In this document: piece after piece, positions 57,001-60,000 of the stretch
Layout of the letters: each line of letters begins with the position of its first letter
Numbering within the stretch: the stretch's first letter is position 1
Origin: Lytechinus pictus
Lineage: Eukaryota
Direction: 5' to 3'
DNA length: 60,000 nucleotides
Assembly (NCBI RefSeq): GCF_037042905.1
Contig: NC_087251.1
Coordinates: forward strand, 21,454,001-21,514,000
Notes under the pieces: model-generated
Seen by the model: only the letters and a program-made list of their open reading frames with translations
The model's database searches: none
What the model was told of the DNA's origin: nothing
Position numbers and translations under genes: made by a program

Positions 57001-60000
57001 GAATAAATGAAAATGAACCATGTGTGCTGAGGGTGGACAAAATTTTTTCGAATTTGAAGGTCCTTTCATTTATTCAACAACAACAGCAACACAAAACTGG
57101 ATTTTATTGTCATTATATAAAGTGACTTTCTAGGTTGAATCGATTCACAAATTAATTACATGGCGGAATATGTCTTTTCTTCTGTAACACCAAACAAAAA
57201 ATGCCGAAATGTTTATTAATAATCTTTTAACACTTGCATTTTTCTAATTTGTTTCAACAGATTTTTTACATGGGAATGGTAATTTATACACCAGCACTTG
57301 CCCTGAATGCAGGTAATTATTATTACGTCAACTAAACTGATAAAATAAATGAACATTCTCGAAAGCTATTGCAAGCTTGTTATATATATATATATATATA
57401 TATATATAATGTGATGGCAAGTTTACTTGTACCAAACGCTGTTGAGGTGGGAGTATGAAACATAATGAGATGAGGCCAACTCAAAAGATGACGCAGGACA
57501 CGATTTTAGCTTTAGCTTTCGTCTTTAATAAGACTTCGTCAGAAGCGTCTGTAATTACAGTCTATTGTGGTAGTAAAGTATGATGCCTACCCTATTCTAT
57601 GTATGTATATATATATATATTATATACTTGCCATGCTAATAAACAAATCCAGAATGATCTGACTATACTTCGTGGGCCTACCAAAATTGTTTTTAAAATC
57701 GCTGAAAAAATGATTTGCCAGTAAGGCTTGCACCCTTCTGTTATTAAGAATGAAGGGGAAGTGTTACTGGCAAAAGTATACATGCACATGAGGGAAATAT
57801 GTTTTCATGATATACACCCGCACAGACCCTCACCAGTGCACCCACACACACACCCCACAGCGCTTCTCAACTTTAACTATAGAGGCCTGCTTTCACACTT
57901 CCCCTGGTAACATGATGTATTTAGGTTCACATACTGTCTTCCAAACATATAGGCTTCCAGTGGTGCTGAAGAGGGTAAATTGCTCATTCGTCCACTGCCA
58001 ACTCGTCCACTCACCACATGGTCTACTTTCATTTAGTTTAATGCCATTCCGTCCATCAACATTTCATTTAACAACCATTTGGTCTTACCATCTGGTCTAA
58101 TCGTCACTTCGTGTAATCTTTTTTGTCTATGACCATTTTGTGTCATAACCAGTTGGTCTAATATCCATTTAATATTCATTCATTTTGTACAATTTAACAC
58201 TTAGTACAATTAGACCAAATGGTATATGTACTAATGTCTATTGGACCAACTGGTTATTGGAATGGCATTAGATTGAATGAAAGTAAACCATGTGGTGAGT
58301 GGACGAACTTATGGTTGACCAGATGATAGTAGACGGGTTGGCAATTGGACGAATTTGCATTTTACGAATTGGAAATAAACCCTAAAAAGTTAGTGAACAC
58401 TACCAGAAAATGAATATATATAAAAGTATTCAAGTTCTGCCATGTTATAGATGTAATTGTAAAGTCAGTTAATGTTTTCTGCATTCAACACTCAGCATGA
58501 AGGAGTGTATTTTATGGTGGGGTTTACTAACTTTCTAGCACCCCTTTTTGGGCCTGCGTCGCTTGCCTACCTTCGATTCATATCAGTTTCAAGTAACTCA
58601 AGTTAGTCCTAGTTCTAAATCACAAATCTAATTTGTTTTCGCTTTTATTTGTAGAACTTACTTCATTTTTACCCATATAACTATAAAACGAATGCAAGTG
58701 TTACTGTCATTCAAAAATAATGTTCTATTATTTTCACATTTTATGTTTTAATTTATCAAAACAAGTTATCCTTCAAATTTAATTATAATCTTACATTCGT
58801 ATTTTAACCATTATGATCGTCATGTAAAACGATTGATAATGTTTATCACATATTTCTATTACATATATTACATATTTCTATTTCGAACATTAAAATATGG
58901 ATTTTCATTTCATTTTTTTAATTAATTTGAATTAAAATAACTTGCAGCTACTGGAATGAGTCTAACGGCCAGTATCATCTCAACTGGGTTAGTTTGCATC
59001 TTCTACACCACCATTGTAAGTAGGACCTCTGTGTTTTATAATGAAGAAAAAAAAAGAAAAAAAATAGAAATAAACAAAGTCTTCATTGATAGTCATAAAA
59101 ATACTTACTGCCACAAAATGAGAGGATCGAGGTGTGTGATTTGATTAACCATTAATAATTTGGACTTTGAAAATAATGATTTCCATAAACTGATCAACAC
59201 TCCAAAAAGGAATTAGAACTAATTTTCCATAACTGTTGCCATCCTACAACATCGATCCACAACAATGAAATGCATATTTACTCTTTTCAATTGGAAGACC
59301 AAGCCTATACGATGATACCGATTTTATTTGAATACAATTTGTGAAGTCAAGCACATTTTCATCGGAACGGGATATTAAGTCAGAACGAAGTATACATTAA
59401 ACGATGATATCCATAACATGATCGGTTTATAAATAATTGTAAAAAACAACAAATTTCCCAGTCGATGATGTCATGAGCAGTAAGCACATAAGCATCTTGT
59501 TTTTATGTCCATGTATTTTAATATTGTTATGATGTGAATTTTCATTTGTTTATTATTTTGCTTCTATACTATCTATTATTTCGTGACTCCTAATGGAATG
59601 GTAACGGAATCTTGGGAGGGGGACTTCATTGTTATCACATTTATGAAGTCTATTTTATTTTTATCAATTCAAATAATAAAAAAAAGGTGCACACTTAAAA
59701 TGCTGGGCAACATACTGTCCACTGTGGTAAAACTGTATTTACATTGACATACATCTGGTACATAATGAACATGTTAGTAGGTTGACTTGACCTTTATATA
59801 AAAAAGTGCATGTTTACCCCCACTGAAAAGGGTGGGGTTTTTTTTAATGAATTTATTTCATCCCAATATTCTCCACGATCAGGGTGGCATAAAAGCAGTA
59901 CTATGGACCGATGCTTTCCAGACATTGGTGATGGCTGGTGGGATTGTTGCTATCATCATCGCTGGCACTATGGAAGTCGGTGGATTCAATAAAGTCTGGG
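44205..60000 (+). CDS. Gene 2: SLC5 NIS/SMVT/SMCT-like symporter paralogue, 3' partial. join(44205..44546,45857..45922,57261..57312,58948..59015,59883..>60000)
   Basis: Exons homologous to gene 1 exons 1-5; exons 2-4 have identical lengths (66/52/68); GT-AG sites; open frame throughout. Confidence 0.94.
45262..45548 (-). repeat. Inverted copy of the gene 2 upstream region inside intron 1
   Basis: Reverse complement aligns to 42790-42940 + 43316-43378 + 43967-44053, without the two MITEs. Confidence 0.88.
45488..45683. mobile_element. CACT-terminal MITE (half copy at 42790-42852; fragment near 59690)
   Basis: TA-CACTCTTAAAAATGTTGGGCAAC ... GTTGCCCAACAATTTAAGAGCG-TA. Confidence 0.82.
45857..45922 (+). 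CDS. Gene 2 exon 2 (66 nt)
   Basis: ctag|[22 protein letters not shown]|gtatgt. Confidence 0.94.
47747..49329 (-). mobile_element. Non-autonomous hAT element, 1583 bp, copy 2 (inverted relative to copy 1)
   Basis: CAGCGGCGTAACAGG ... CCTGTTACGCCACTG; 8-bp TSD TGAATAGG (47739-47746, 49330-49337). Confidence 0.95.
49432..49593. mobile_element. 162-bp hairpin MITE (Harbinger-like, TAA TSD)
   Basis: TAA-TACCTTGGTCACATTTG.TCTACGGCGGCCGTACGGCGAG ... inverted ... CCAAGGTA-TAA. Confidence 0.88.
50228..51056 (+). mobile_element. 5'-truncated CR1-group LINE 3' end
   Basis: [14 protein letters not shown] / [19 protein letters not shown] motifs, later WDELP; 3' UTR ending AATAAA(TAA)n. Confidence 0.82.
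52060..55527 (+). mobile_element. CR1/L2-group non-LTR retrotransposon (PHD-APE-RT), inactivated; 5' boundary approximate
   Basis: Four consecutive ORF pieces; 3' UTR; tail AATAAATAC(AAAC)n at 55501-55527. Confidence 0.93.
52175..55245 (+). pseudogene. Frameshifted LINE pol: PHD finger + AP endonuclease + reverse transcriptase
   Basis: PHD C4HC3 (CAIC..CTSC..WVHISC..WKCPKC); APE (LNETRL, YRPPN, MGDAN, IDH, SDH); RT ([35 protein letters not shown]); frameshifts near 53230, 53480 and 54550. Confidence 0.93.
57261..57312 (+). CDS. Gene 2 exon 3 (52 nt)
   Basis: aacag|[17 protein letters not shown]+G|gtaatt. Confidence 0.95.
57974..58381. mobile_element. Small foldback-type MITE with short tandem subrepeats
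   Basis: GGTAAATT..TTCGTCCA..CAACTCGTCCACTCACCACATGGT on the left, inverted on the right ending AAACC; flanks CTGAAGAG / CTAAAAAG. Confidence 0.75.
58948..59015 (+). CDS. Gene 2 exon 4 (68 nt)
   Basis: tgcag|(A)[22 protein letters not shown]|gtaagt. Confidence 0.95.
59883..60000 (+). CDS. Gene 2 exon 5 (3' partial)
   Basis: tcag|[39 protein letters not shown]... Confidence 0.95.

Overview
AT-rich, intron-rich animal genomic DNA. The repeat landscape suggests an echinoderm such as a sea urchin, but that is inference. The window holds two tandem, same-strand (+) paralogues of the SLC5 sodium:solute symporter family (NIS/SMVT/SMCT, SLC5A5/6/8/12-like subgroup). Gene 1 runs from before position 1 to a TAA at 32873-32875. 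I reconstructed 15 coding exons with GT-AG boundaries and consistent phases: 629 aa in the window plus a short missing N-terminus, ending in a PDZ-type motif (TTTV). Gene 2 starts at 44205; exons 1-4 and the start of exon 5 are in the window. Its upstream region is triplicated: a truncated pseudo-exon-1 copy upstream and an inverted, insertion-free copy in intron 1. Introns and the intergenic region are dense with transposons: TTAA-flanked Kolobok/T2-like MITEs, hAT MITEs with 8-bp TSDs (including two near-identical 1.56-1.58 kb composite copies), Harbinger- and CACT-type MITEs, tRNA-derived SINEs, a frameshifted PHD-APE-RT CR1/L2-group LINE, a Penelope remnant, and foldback structures. The clearest foldback is a 2.1-kb element whose inverted arms are 15-bp minisatellites, flanked by an 8-9 bp TSD (TU-like). 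I found no prokaryotic-type system, CRISPR array or functional RNA gene. All alignments were done by eye.
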